The position numbers and the translations under genes were made by a program. A stretch of DNA of 64,000 nucleotides from Blasia pusilla (Eukaryota). Positions 24,571 through 38,840 of this stretch are shown here, in pieces (the stretch's first letter is position 1; every line of letters begins with the position of its first letter). Under the pieces are notes generated by a model. The model was given only the letters and a program-made list of their open reading frames with translations, was not told the origin of the DNA and searched no databases. Where the stretch lies: the NCBI GenBank assembly GCA_050084515.1, contig CM114271.1, forward strand, positions 33,046,001 through 33,110,000. Direction: 5' to 3'.

Positions 24571-27500
24571 TTGCACGTTGAGAACCAAGAAGATGACCTA
24601 TAGATAGAAATAACCAAGGATAGGGCTTGGAGAGAGGAAATGATATACCCAAGGAGAGAGAGCGTTGAATCTCATTCTTTCTTTTGTTGAACCTCTTTTC
24701 ATGAGGCAACGGAACTATGGTCCTCCTTGCCTCATGACTAACCTAAGCCTCTCACTAGGAGATTGGGTTTGGTAACTTTGGTTTGATATGAGAGAGACAT
24801 GGATTCTGTGAGCTTTGATGTGACTTAATTTATCATACATATTTTGATACACAATTTTCTATGTTTTTAGATATCATGAGTGAGCATGATATGTTGTGTT
24901 TATACATGTGTTGATGATGACAATGATGTATGTTGTTCGACAACGTATGTGCGTACAACACCCCCCTCAAGAACTTTCGAACGAGACGGCATTTAAGGGT
25001 CTAAATAGTCACTCTTATAATTGATAATATATTGGATACATAGATAAAAAAATTTCTCATATACCACATGTGGTATAAGTTGGTATCCTCGTGGTTTGAC
25101 TATTTGCATTATACTTCCATCATTTGAGAACATAATATTATATCATTGAATGAATAACTTTACCTTGGGACCACTGATTTTGGTCTCCATAACTTTATTA
25201 CTTAGATCGGTGATCTTGTGAGTCTTATTATCTTAACATGTATCATAAGATCTTGACTAGGAGGAGTTGTATCTCGTGGAAATCTATCATGGTTGTTATC
25301 TTAGACTAACACTAGATTGCGCAATTTTAGTTATTTTGGTTTCAAATTTTTACCATAAGGTAAATCCATAGCTTGATGTTTAAGTATCTTGCAATAAAAA
25401 GTGACATATAGATCTCAAGCTTCTTATACCAAGAGTATCTCCTCCATAGGAATACATATGAATTGCTACTACATGATCTCTAAAGAAAGGCACATCAATT
25501 TGAAAGGTAAGCATCGCCAACTCGATGGGTAAGAGAACTTCTCACCTAGAAGAGGGGACTATGTTTGCTGGTAACATTCAAATTAGTATGGTAAGCCCAT
25601 AAGGCCGCATAGATATTTTGATCCCAATCCCTTTAGAAATGATTCACTGTTTTTAAAAGAATTACAGAAACAATATTGTTTGTTTCTATGTTTGTTCTTT
25701 TTCCCAAGGGTAATATGGAGTAGAATGGGGATGCTTGATGAAATATAACTTTGTAAGATTATTTACAACATAACTCATGAAATTTTAACTTTTTGTCACT
25801 AAAATCTCGAAAGAAAACGTCTCCATAAATTATGTACTAAAACATATACTTGGTGGTAGCCACTACAATGATGGATAGTCCAAGTTTTGCCTTCTCCCAT
25901 TTTATAATATAATCTATGACTATGATCAAATATTTGTGACCACTTGATGTTTTAGTTTGATCTCTTATTTTGTGTAAAAGGATGTAGTGATTCAACTGGA
26001 ATGAGCGGCATGGCATCAAATATCTTTTATCGTCCAACCTTCCAACATTGTGGATAGGTTTGAATATACTCAAGGATGTCTCATTCCATAGTAGGCCAAA
26101 ACATCATGAGGATAAAAGTCTTTTGGAAAGTCATTTTTTGCTCATAGGGACCCCAATAGGCTTCACTATGGGCAGAGTTGATAACACTATGGATCTCTAA
26201 AGGTTAAAGGCATCGACGAAGAACATCATTTTTTTCCTCTCTGGTAAAGGGTGTCATTAATCAATGTGTAGCTGAAGGTTTTATGAACAAAATATGATAT
26301 GGCTACTCTACAAAGATCCCAAGGAAGATTGTGGGTATGTAGAAATTGTATAGTTGGTGCACGCACACCACTCTATCTCAGTCCAATATATACTTATATA
26401 ATTTGGAATTGTATCATCCAAATCAAGACTTGGCAGTCCAAGGATGCGAGGCATCATTTGTGCATCATTATGGTTGGCCTCATATCAATGTATGATCCGA
26501 TATCAAAATATTGTAAAAGCATAATCTATCGTGAAATTTTTGCATTTAGCTGTGAGTCCAATTTATGAAGGAAATCTCAAATCGTAGTATGATTAAAAAA
26601 AATGTAGAAGATTTTGATGCCAAAAGGAAATGGCAAAACTTTTAAATGGAAAAAACCACCCATAATGCTTCTCTCTTGATAGTATTGTAATTCCACTCTT
26701 TTGCAATGAGTGATGTGTTCGAGAAGTAAAGGGGATGTCCTCTTCCATCCTCATTTTTCTCGCAGACCACTATACTCGAAGCAAAGTGTCCAAATGAATT
26801 ATAAGTTCATGTGAATAATCCAAAGTGGCAAGTACTAGATCAGTGGCTAACTTTCTCAAAACAAATTGCCTCGCAAATTCACACTTTGCAATCCACTCAA
26901 AGCGGATTCCTCCTTGAGCTAATTTTTTGATGCAGTCCAAGTTTCTAGCAAAGTAATGTAGAAACCTGCGGCCATATCCTACATCTCCAAGAAACACCAA
27001 AAATTATTGGGATGTGGATGACATGAACATTTTTTTCAAGAAAAACACTTTGCCAAGGTCAGATACATTACTTCCTCCATCAATGACATTATCTAATAAT
27101 TTCCCTTCTGTTGTGCCAAATATTCATTTCTCGAGATTGAGAGAGATTTGCAATTTCTGACATCTTTGCATAATTGTCTATAGGGTTTGAAGATATGAGA
27201 GCCTCACCATAAATAGTGTAATCACCAAAAAAGATGGCCACACAAATAATGATCAAATCTACATCAAATATATTCATGAGTCGTTGGAAAGCATACATAC
27301 CATTGGGCAAACCAGATGACAATTTGCAAAAGGAAATAATTCCTTATTACATTCAAAATTAGCCATCGAGGAATGAAGACATCTAATGTCCTCCCACTTG
27401 GTCATGCATCAGATTGATAAATAATAGAGGAAACTTAACATTCACTATGGCATGGTTGAAACTCGATAAGCCATACACATCCGCATCTTCTTCATTGTTG

Positions 27501-29450
27501 CTTTCTTTTTCCATATTAGAACCAAGGGTCACACTCATTCACAATGCTTGATTGGATAATTAATATTGCCATGGAGTAACTTTGTGACATTTTCAAAAGC
27601 TAATTTATGAGAATTTGGGATTCCTATGATATGGTTTATGCTTCATAGGGACAACTCTTGGTATTAGAGGTATTGGGTGGATGTAGACAAACTCATGTGA
27701 CCCATTCATATTCACATAAGTGTCTCGCGCATACATATCGTTGGTCACATCCACAACACACAACATCTATCTTTCCAACCTACGCGTAGATCTACACACA
27801 TGTAAGAAACCAAATCATGAATGTACACCAAGATTGCACCATGGCTCACATGAGAAATATGTCTTGGGAAAGCCATCTCTCCCTCTCTTATAGCCTTGAA
27901 AAGAGCCAAAAGGCTCTTTCCCCAAAAATAGCCTCCAAACGGTAACCTACGAGCAATAGTTACCAGATGACCATTGACTTGATCAATGAGTCACCTGGCA
28001 AGAAATAACAAGGAAGGGAAATCATCATAAACGATGTTCCTGATGCAACGGACTAGTCCTCAACCTCATCCGATATCTCAAGACAAAGTTACACCCAAAC
28101 TACCAACTGACTCTCTATGACGTCAACGCGGTAGAACTCTACTTGTCAGCTAACTAAGTTGTGACATAACTCTAGTCTTGTGTGTAAATAGCTGGTTGGA
28201 AATGAAAAAATAAAATAAAATAAAAGTCATATGGGAAAAAGCTTGTTTTTTCAAATTCTTTGAAAAAAATTTTTATATCCAACAACTGGTGCAGGGAGAA
28301 GGTTGATACCCACATGAAACATATTGTCTAGCTTGGGATCCGTAGTGAGATTGATAGTTTAATAGGTCTCATTTTGTATGAAAAAAAAACCTTATACTCT
28401 CTTGGTCTCATACTCTTGATTATTGTAATGCTAAAAGCCGCGACTTATTTTAGGATATGACCCATAGAATCTTCTCTCTTGTAGATAGTTTGGGCCTTTC
28501 CACCATAATTATAGTATATGTTGCATAAAAATCTATAGTCCCCCTCACGGTCCTCAAGCTTTTTATCAATACGTAGGATGGTAACTTGAATTACTAACCA
28601 TCCGAATGTGGAATGGAGAGAGAAGAATATGTGTAATCCCTTCCTACTCCTCCTGACAATCATCATCATTAACCCACAAGTAAAGGATGATGATCAATAT
28701 TCTTGACCTTGAGTACATAGAAGGATTTTTCTACATGAATGATCGCCTATCTAGATTTGTACTCCAAAGGTTTCCCCTTCTTGTTTGACTCAATTACCAT
28801 CAACCATCTTAAGGACACACTAGGTTGGCATCATACCCTTAAGATCCCACTTCTGCCCCGAGTATTTAGGGAATTGGTGTTGGATCCAACCCTTGCATGA
28901 ATAATGACATTGTTGAGCCTAAAACTAACAATATATTGTCAGAGTTATCCGTAGTGCCCGATAAATTAAACAATAATTGATCCTCCTTTGCTAAGGCTGA
29001 TTTACCAAATAATTCCTTTAATTGATCAAGAACACACATATCTCATATAGATACCTTAAGACTATTTGAGAGGGGATTCTTAAATAATGTGTAGATAATC
29101 ATTTTTGTTGTTGCTGAAGCTCTTCCTAAGTCATCCTAGTGAGTCATAGTTCTGTTGGAACCTGCAAGATCATAAGTCTCGTACATTTCCGTAGTGTTAG
29201 TAGTCTCTCTTGGTTTTTTTCATTCTTTCTATCATTATTAGGCAGCAAGGATATATGAGAAAATTGAGGAGGTAGAAGATCTTCCTTTGCAATTCTTACC
29301 CCTTAACAAGTGATCACATTCAATAGCTAAGTTGTCTCCATTATCAATGAGATTGATGGGTAAACTTCCTCCATCGGTAAATTTGTTTGATGGATATTTT
29401 GGAGGAGGTGGTCTTTTCAATGTTTGGTGAGGAAGTTTTATGTGGTCCTT
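24571..29450 (-). mobile_element. Decayed Ty3/Gypsy element (gag/protease, RT, RNaseH, integrase, PPT, family A 3' LTR)
   Basis: RT MSSGLPNGMYAFQRLMNIF..IFFGDYTIYG (27089-27322). FLGDVGYGRRFLHYFA (26770-27000). Integrase KYLIIVIDYIIKWEKAK (25837-26073). PPT GAGGGGGG (24968-24961) abutting LTR start TGTTGTACGCACATAC at 24960. Left and right limits approximate. Confidence 0.8.
27721..28166 (+). mobile_element. Solo LTR nested in the Gypsy pol region
   Basis: TGTCTCGCGCATACAT...GTGACA, flanks TAAG/TAAC (3 of 4 match). Homologous to 23345-23970. Confidence 0.7.
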
Positions 29451-29790
29451 TATGCAAAGTCACTCTCTTTGTCGAGTGACGATTCCGGGCAAAAAAAAAG
29501 TCCTTAGCATTGCATTTCTCACCTTTCTACGAAGACTTTGTATTAAAAATAGGGATGACCTATAAACCCATAAGGTATGCACATTTTTTATGGCCACTCC
29601 AATTATATCAACATGACTTAGAACCATAAGTCTAGTAGATTAGCTAGACTCACTTCTTAGTGTTAAGGAGGCTTTTTTCTCTCCTAAAGTGTGTCTTCTC
29701 TTTCTATTTCATGTAGTACACCAATGTGCTAGAGTTAACCTTGATAATGGTATTTGGGACTTTGTATTTCCTTACTTTGGATTTTTATCA

Positions 29791-32700
29791 TGGTATTAGA
29801 GTTTGGCTTAATGTTAGACTTGGCAATTGCTATGCTATGGTTTAATGTTAGACTTGGTAATTGCTATGTTACAAAGTTTTTTCCATTGATTAATGTTTTC
29901 TTTCGTTTTCATAAATTTTCTTCTTATTTGAAAATTATTCTTGTACTTCATATAGACTTTCTATTAGTAAAAGCTCATCGTCGTCACTTTTATTTCATTT
30001 CCATAGTAATGGCTTCTTCATCATCTGATAATCGCCTTGAACGGCTTGATGAAAGAAACTATAGCACGTGGTCTTTTTCCATGATGTATTTATTAAGTGC
30101 TCAAAAACTCTTTAAATATGTAGAAGGGAAAATGTAGAGACCAAATGAGGAAAAAGCTTGTGTGAGAGACAAATGGGACGAGGAAGTGATGGAAGCGATA
30201 CCGCAAATTATTTTGCATATAAACCCATCGTAGAAAAGTCATATTAGAAAGTGTATGACAACGAAGGAGATGTGGGAAGTATTAGCTAAACTCCATAAAC
30301 CATCAGGTATTACTTCAGAGCTTACTTTGCATAGAAAACTTTACAATCTTCGATACATAGAGGGCAAGTCCATGGAGATTATTTTTCGTCAAATGTTGGA
30401 TCTTAGGCATGAGTATATCAAGGTTGGTGGAGAGATGAGCAATCAGAGCATGGCATGGCTCATGCTAAATACTTTTCTTGAATCTTCGGATCTATTGGTT
30501 TAATCAATGAGATTATGGAGAAAGGAAGAAAGAGGAAATTATGCGATCCATACTTCTCGAAGAGGAGGCAAGGCGTAAAGAGAAGAATATCTATTTAGCT
30601 TCTACTTTGTTGATGCAATCAACGGGGAAGCTCCTCCAACGCAAGCAGAATGCAAAGTTGGACCAAGAAGGATGGAAAGTCAAAGGGAAAAATAGACATC
30701 TTAAAGTTGAAGAACAGATGTCGAGCTTGTGGAGAGATTGGGCATTGGAAGGATGATTCAGAATGTCCAAGGTTGAGAGACTACGCGGCAAGTGCAAGTA
30801 TAGTCGTGGTCCTCTCTACGCGAGAAATGGTCAACAAGCATTTAGCAAATACACCAAGATCATCGGTAGATTTTCTTTGTATTGATTTTACTGCCAACGT
30901 GCATATACAAGGGGATCGAAGCAAGATCCATAATTTGGATGAAAGTGCATCCATCCAATTACAAGGCTATGATGGAGGTATAAGAGAATCACATGGATGA
31001 GGCAAGATGCATCTCATATTTTTGGTTCCTAAGGGAGAGCGCACTGTGGTGATTGTGAAGAATATGCATTGGGTTCTTGGTGCACGAGATATACTTTTAT
31101 CGGTTGCAACTTATGCAAAGGGGCTGCAAATTCAACTTGGATGGAGATGGGGTAGATTGGTTCCTACCGTCTGGAGTTCTACTTGCTCATGGGAAGCTTG
31201 AGGGAAAGGCTTATCTCCTGTGTTGTGAAATTGAGGAGACCACATTTACAGTGAAAGCTTCTCTTTTAGGTCGATCACTTCTTGACTGGCACCAAGCATT
31301 GGCACATGCCTCTACAACAACAATTCGTGAAGTAGAGCGTACAGGGGTTTTTGAAGGTTTGAACATTATTGGCAACAAAGAGCTAATGCCAACATCTGAG
31401 GCATGTATAGTTGGTAAGGCACACCATCAACCTTTTCCAGATACGCATAAGCATGCCAAGGGAATTCTAGATGTGGTAATTTCAGATCTAGAATATTATG
31501 GCATTCCCAACTTTGGAGGTGCTAAGTGGATGGCTGTGTGGATACATGAGTGTTCGCAATACACTGGCTTAGTTTTTCTCAAGACTAAAGATCAAACTCA
31601 TGAAGCATATAGGATTTGGGAGAGAGAAGTGTAGAGAAAGACATAGCGGAAGGTGAAAACTTTCCTTACTGACCAAGGCACGGAGTTCTGAACTAGAAGC
31701 TTGGTTCATACTTCAAGGCGCTTGGAATCCGACATAAGGTAACAACTTCATGCACATCTGAGGTTTTTGGGATAGCAAAGTGAAAGATGCACACTATCTT
31801 TGAAGGAGTTTGCACACTCCTTGCAGGAGCAAAGTTAGATCGTCGCTACTGGGCCTATGGAGCAAAATTTGTTGTGTGGACTTGCAATCGACTACCACAT
31901 GCACAACTTGCTGGTAAGACACCCTACAAAGTATTCTATAATAAGAAACCCTCTATTGCCCATGCTCATCCGTTTGGTTTTTCTGCTTGGTATCATATAC
32001 CAAAGGAAAAGCGGAAAAAGCTTGATGAAAGTGTAAGGAAAGGTATTTTGATTGGCTATTATGGGATTGGAAAGGGGTACGAGATTTATAAACCGAAGAG
32101 TAAAGAGATTATTCTTAGTCATGATGTGAGATTTTATGAAAAGTAGGTAACAATTGTAACCTCTGACCTACGTCCTTCAAGGACAAATGACACTCAAGAT
32201 ATTAACCTTCATGTTGTGAAGTTTGGTTCTTCCAATCAGAGGGAAATCTCGGACACCATAGAAGTTGGCGATACACATGTTCTTGAAGAACAAGAGGAAA
32301 TTGGTGGGGGTACTAAAGATGATATGGAAGCAGATGTTTGTCTAGACGAACAGGTGCAATCTCACTTAAGGGGTGGAATTGATCCTATAAAAATTATTGA
32401 TGGACCACGTAGGCGCCGAATACCTTGGAGAAAAGATGATAACTTTGTACAAGAAGATTTTCTTTTGGAGATGATTGACTCAGCAAAGGTTCCTCCACAC
32501 TCTCAACATGATCCCAAGACCTTGGAAGAAGCTTTGAACTCTCCCTTTGCAAATCAATGGAAAGTGGCCATGTAGGAGGAGTTGCAATCTCTAAAAGAGC
32601 ATGGCATATGGGAGTTTGCAGATCTTTCAGCTGGAAGAAAACCAATAGATTCAAAATGGATATTTCCCACCAAGGTTGCATTAAAGGGATAAATTGAGAG

Positions 32701-33942
32701 GTTCAAAGCACAGTTAGTTGCAAAAGGCTACTCCCAAGTTGAAGGAATTGATTACCAAGAGACTTTTGCACCTGTGGGACGTCTTGCAACAATTCGTGTG
32801 TTTTTTTGCCCTAGCAGCCACTCTAGATTGGAGTGTTCAACAACTTGATGTCGTTTCAACTTATTTGAATGGCAAACTTAAGGAGGATAATATCTTCATA
32901 GTACCTGAAGGTTTGGATACTCCTCTAAAGCACAAAGGCAATGCAAGGTTGTGCGGCTGCTATAGACTCTGTATGATTTGAAGCAAGTTGGACGTGGATG
33001 GAATGAGAACTTAGATTTCTCCTTATTGGCGCTTGGTTGGAAGCGCTCTGATTCTAACCCATGTCTCTACACAATTAAGATAGATGAGTTGGTCCTTGCC
33101 CTTATTGTGTATGTTGACGATGTGTTGATTGGAGGGAATAAATTTCAGATGATTGTGACTCAAAAGGAAGATTTGCAGAGGTACTTCAAGATGAAAGACT
33201 TTGGTGAGTTGAATCATTTTCTGAGCATCTCTTTCTCTTGGAGTAAAGGGGATGGAGCCATTAGTTTGAGCCAAACTAAGTACATCTCTCAAAAGCTTGA
33301 AGAATTCGAGATGAAGGAGGCAAAAGCTCTTGCAACACTAATGGAGCTTGTGCATTTAACTATTAATGATATGCCGCTCGACTCAAATGCACGAGTTAAT
33401 GATTCAAAAGGAGTCAAATTGTATCAACAAGCATTGGGATGTTTGTTGTATTTGGAAAATGCAACTAGGTATGATATCTCTTTTTCTTTCCAACACTTTG
33501 CACAATATATGTCTCAACCTTGCACATCACATTGAAAAGGAGTGAAACAAGTGTTTTGATACTTGCAAGGAACTAAGAATTTAGTATTGTGGTATGGAAG
33601 CAAGCTTGCAACTTGTAGGATACATCGATGCAGATTGGGGAGGTTGCAAGGAGACTCGATGTTCAATTGGAGGTTTTGCTTTCACACTAGGCGGAGCAGT
33701 AGTCTCTTGGTCAAGCAAGAAACAGACAATAGTCTCTCCCTCATCAACAAAAGCAGAATATGTTGCCGCCTCTATTGCAGCAAAGGAGGCTCTATGGCTT
33801 CAAAAGGCAATGAGACATTATGGGATCGAGCAACCACATCCAATCCTCATTCATGAGGAGAGTCAGTCGTATATTGCCATTGCAAAGAATCTTGCTCATC
33901 ATGGTCGAACCAAACATTTTGATATTGAACACCACTTTGTAA
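29791..33942 (+). mobile_element. Ty1/Copia element, near full-length gag-pol pseudogene truncated in RNaseH
   Basis: PBS TGGTATTAGAG (29791) after an LTR-like end in CA. Gag LERLDERNYSTW. Zinc knuckle CRACGEIGHWKDDSEC. GAG-pre-integrase WHQALAH..ACIVGK. Integrase, including [21 protein letters not shown] and LIVYVDD. RNaseH YIDADWGG..STKAEYVA..TKHFDIEHHFV. Many in-frame stops. Confidence 0.93.
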
Positions 33943-35105
33943 CACTAGAACAAATTGGGTATTGTATGACTCTAATAAATGACTAGATTGAGTCATTGTT
34001 CACGATAATTGACTCATAACAATTAGAGTCATATACATGATATGACTCTCACTACCAGATTGGTAAATGAGTGAAGTCATTAGGTACTCATTCATTGATA
34101 TATGACTAAGAAGTGACACGTCAGAGTGTCAAGTTGGTGTATGACATGGCAAGAAGAAATAACGTGGCAAAGTGAGCATCAAATCCTATATTGCCACGTG
34201 TCACACTTGGGAATGTTGGATTGATTAGGCTTAATCAGATGATGACATGTGTAATGATATGAACGAATGACATAGTGACACGTGGTTGAAACGACTGAGT
34301 TATACGTATCAACCGCGTCATTTCCTATGATTACATGAGTCATTTATTATGACTAGATGGGTTTGCAATTACGAATATTTTAGTCACCTTAAATGTAGTA
34401 TAGTCATATTTTATAACTAACTGAGACATTATATTGATGGTTTGAGTCATTCATGATTGTACGAGTCATATTTCCTTACCATTTGAATCATTATGTTGAC
34501 TAAATGAGTTATTATCATGACTAGATTAGTTATTTTTATGATCACTAAATAATATTTTGGTCGTCTGAGTTATTTGACATACTGTATTAGTCATGCACAT
34601 AACTCTATCACTTGTGTTTTATTACTAGATGATGTATTGTGTTCACAGTTTGTCATTGCTCCTCCTAGTGATTGTTAAATCAGAGGAATTATGTTGGTAA
34701 CTAAGTGGTGCTCATCTAGGTAACATTATCCTCTTACCACAATTAGAGATTCTCTCAGATCTAACAAGGAGTAATGTGTGAATACAAGTAGCATAGACAA
34801 TGGTGAGGATAGACAAAATCTCAATCTAAAGGTCTAGAAGAGGGACATATATCAAGCAAGTAATTTTAGGATACATCCCAATTACAATGAAAACTGAAAA
34901 CTACAAATACATCACAATCAAACCATCCTCTAATTGATGAAACCAAAATATAGATGATTCATTGTATGACAGAATCAAAGTATTTACATCTGAACAAGCT
35001 GCAAGAAGGAACCAAGAGCATATGGAAGCCAAACTACAAACAAATGAGGTAATCGAATCATTGTGAAAGTTTAAATATTTATGAAAATCACAAATCCTAG
35101 AAATC

Positions 35106-37409
35106 CTAATGAATTAGCTTCTTCAAATTCAACTCCGGCCAAATGATTGAAGTTCCAATTGCATCTCCAAGTGTGAGTTGAGCAAGTTCGTCCATTGTAT
35201 TAATCTCCCATAGTTCGTAATCTGGTTGAGAAATATCCTTAAAGTCCACTCGAACATATCCAGGACCTATATCCTTCCCAAGGAACTTGTCTCGCCCGCT
35301 CAAGCTTGAAACTAATCCATGACCCAAAATATTCCGCTTGAGTTTTGGATGTGTGAGATGTACTTCATTTCCCAAACGGAGCTACATACATATCAATTCA
35401 AAACATAAAGGTAATGGTGAATATAACAACATTTTAACAATTGATAAATTAGTATACTCTCAATCATTACCTTGGTGAAGGTCTATCCATCTATTGGTAA
35501 AGTCCTTGAAAAGTTGACAAGCCTCGCCTAGTTGGGTATCAAAAACAAGAATAAAAACATAACAACTCATCCATTGTTGTCACATATCTACGAAAAAACA
35601 CAAGAAATATCTTTGCAAAAAGAGGGTGATTACTTCACCCTGTGCTTCTTGTTGTTTAGCACTTTCGGGTCATACTCTAACTCACTACCCACACTTGCAA
35701 CCATCTCGGTGGTTGCCTTCATCTTCTTCTTGATCTTGGGTAAAGCTTGTATGTCCACTATTACTTCAACTATAGACCATTAAACTTCAAAGGGATTAAT
35801 ATATGGAACACTATTATCACTTGAGAAAATTTTCACTTTCATCACTCATAAACACGGAAGTTTATTGAATTAGTTGATGTTGTCATACATGCAGTTTGCT
35901 CCCATTGTTGACATGTATTTCAATATTCTTCCCATATCTGAGCAAATACAAATAGAAGAAATAAGACATGGACTAGAAAGAAAATAGAGTTGAGATATGG
36001 ATCGTGAGATATTGTAGTAGTCATAAATTTAGCATTGTCACTGATGTTTATAAGGTGAGTATGATCAATCGATCTTCTCTTTACCTGCACAAGAGCAATA
36101 GAGAAAAGCAATGCAAATGCCAATAAAATGTGGTATAGTCTTAGTGAGGTGAGTGAGTAATCACTCAACATAGTCTAACTTGAAATCATCATTTTTGAAA
36201 TATGGAATAAAGGTATGGAGAAATTAGAGAATGTAGGTACAAAACATGACAGATGCTTGAGTGTTACCTTTGGTCATTATACTTGAAGAGCTCTTGTCCA
36301 ACAACTAGCTCACCGGAGCATCACTATGGACTTCTTGTGGAATTTCAGATTTACATTACACATCATTTTATAATTATGGTACACCTACATTCAAAAATTT
36401 CTAGACAACTTGCAATAGAGAATACGAGTGATTAAACCTACAAGAGGATATGTCAAAGATTTTCACCTATCAAAGTAGTCTTATCTTCAAAGCCAACATT
36501 TGTGTGAGGCTTTGTTCTCCTTTTCTTAGGGGACCTTTTAGCCTTAATGAGATTCTCAACATTGTCTATAAGCTCATGCCATTCTTGATGACGCCTTGCA
36601 AAAGCCATAGAAGTAATTAGATCATGATGTAGAAATGAGAAAAATATATCAAAATTTAGAAAGCCTTGGTGCAGTTTAATTCGACTTATAGAAGAAAAGG
36701 CACTTAGTTTTCAGTGTTGATTGCTTGTCTATAAGTGCATCATCAATTGACACATTGGACGTTGTTTCTTTTCCACTTTGAGCCAATTTTGAGACCATGT
36801 GCAGAAGTACACTAAACTTCTTCTCAAGAAGTTGGTGACTCGTTTGAAGTTCATTCCATTTATTTTGTTGCTCCCTTTGGCCATTCTCAATTTGGGATCC
36901 ATATCACGTATACCTTTATCCAATTCTTACATTCAATAGTCTATCATTCATTCCCACTCCACCGCCCTTGCTTCAAGGTGGCAAGGGACTTCTCGATGGC
37001 CTCCATTCTTCAGCCAATAGGCCTTTAAAGTTGACCTCTCAGTTTTTAAGAGTTGGGCAATTTTCTTTCTTAAGAACTCAGAATCCAAAACAAGTGCACC
37101 AAAATAGATATAAGATTCATTTATTTAGTTGGTAACCATTTCCATACTCACAGGGTCCTGTCTATTTATCTCAATACATGACAAATCAAGATAACGCATG
37201 ACTCGTACTTTGAGATCACTCAACCATGGCCCATAACCATGAACCTTGGTTTTAGGACACCCATTTGGCATAAACTTGCATTGAGGTTTCAAATTCAGAT
37301 CCTTACGTTGATTGAATTCATTTGTCCATACCTTACACTTGGATCTACTTGCCCTACCCCCTGTATAAGTAGTAACAATAGAACTATGTATAAATCTCAG
37401 TAAAATCAC
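35106..37409 (-). pseudogene. CACTA TnpA/TNP1-like accessory gene, multi-exon, probably decayed
   Basis: Terminal segment GYVRVDFKDISQPDYELWEINTMDELAQLTLGDAIGTSIIWP (35106-35375) matches the Tnp1/En-Spm C-terminal pattern. Upstream coding-like segment WLSDLKVRVMRYLDLS (37125-37409). Exon boundaries not fully resolved. Confidence 0.65.
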
Positions 37410-37502
37410 AAAATCAGCAAAACTTCAAGTGCACTTTAGCTAAGTGGGATCCCCAAAAATTCCTTTGGGGGGTTTAGGCTAATAAACGTGTTGAAAACGT
37501 AT

Positions 37503-37667
<165 letters not shown>

Positions 37668-38082
37668 GTTTGCAACTCGACCTCTAGAGCGGATTCGCAC
37701 TCTCCCAATTTTCTTCAAAGTGCACCTCGAATCATAACAGATCAGAGCATGTGCCTTTCAAGAATATTCACGTGGCCTCTCAATCTCCTTCTATGTCGTG
37801 TCAACAGCCTTGCAATGTACAATGTACAAAGTTCTCTCTTCCTCGCAATGTAGTCCTCTCTTCGTACTCGTGGTCTCTCACTCTCCTCTCTCATGTTCGT
37901 TCCCGCGCCCTCTCGGCTCTTTATCTCTTTTCTCCATCATGTGCTTGAGTCTATCTCTCCCGCACATGCTTTTGCCTCCTTCCCACCGGCCCTTACGATC
38001 CGTCTCACGTCCGCATATCGAAACCCTAAGAAACAAATTTATAAGATAAATTTATAAAAGAGTACCTATGTAAGTCAAGAGA

Positions 38083-38145
38083 GCACCGTAGCTTATTGGT
38101 TAAAGACTCGTCTTCGGCCAGGGAGACTCGCGTCCGATCCCGACC
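38083..38145 (+). other. tRNA-like / Pol III promoter-like segment within the CACTA element
   Basis: A-box-like TAGCTTATTGGTTAAAG (38089-38105) and B-box-like GTCCGATCC (38132-38140) at tRNA-like spacing, forming a GC island in AT-rich sequence. No complete acceptor stem. Confidence 0.5.
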
Positions 38146-38840
38146 AAAACCGTTTAATATGTTTACGCTTACCTTAATTAAGACACTAACCTTTTTAGGT
38201 CAGTGTCTTAATTCATAATTTCAAAATTAAATATTATGATTTAATATTTTGTGAATATTTTCATCATTTAAGTTTTTTTATTCTAGTTTTGATATAAAAT
38301 TTCATTAATTATTCAAATTTTCAAATTTCATAATTTCTGATTATACTTTATAAGAAAATAAAGTTTTAAAAATAAATCATTCATGGTTTAATATTTGGGT
38401 AGTATCTTCTAGTGCATCATTTATTGTTTCAATAGGTTGTTATTTACTCACTAGTGAGAATGTCAGTACGATGCATCAACATCATAATTTAAAATGATAA
38501 AAATAAAAAATAAATTTATTTGTTAATAATAAATTATTTCATATTATTTTGTCAAAGATAATTTTAATATTGTCATTAGACATAAAAAGTAAAAAAATGA
38601 AAACTATAACCTTCTCCAATTATTTTTCTTTAATAAACATGTGTGTAAAAATGACTAAGATGATTGAGAGAGTCATGGGATATGACTTGTAGATAATTGA
38701 GTCATTTATACTACTATTTCAGTTGTTCACTCATGACTTTTGGGATACAAAATGACTACACCAATAGAGTCATACTTTCACTCATTTCATTCATAAGTCA
38801 TTTTTAGTAGAGTCATAAAAACCATAAATTTTCTCTAGTG

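Noticed and set aside
33960-34630. Regularly recurring short motifs suggestive of a CRISPR-like array
   Set aside because: They are irregular TGACT/AGTCA subterminal repeats of the CACTA element in a eukaryotic genome.
38083-38145. Functional tRNA gene
   Set aside because: No acceptor stem and a mutated B-box; kept only as a tRNA-like segment.
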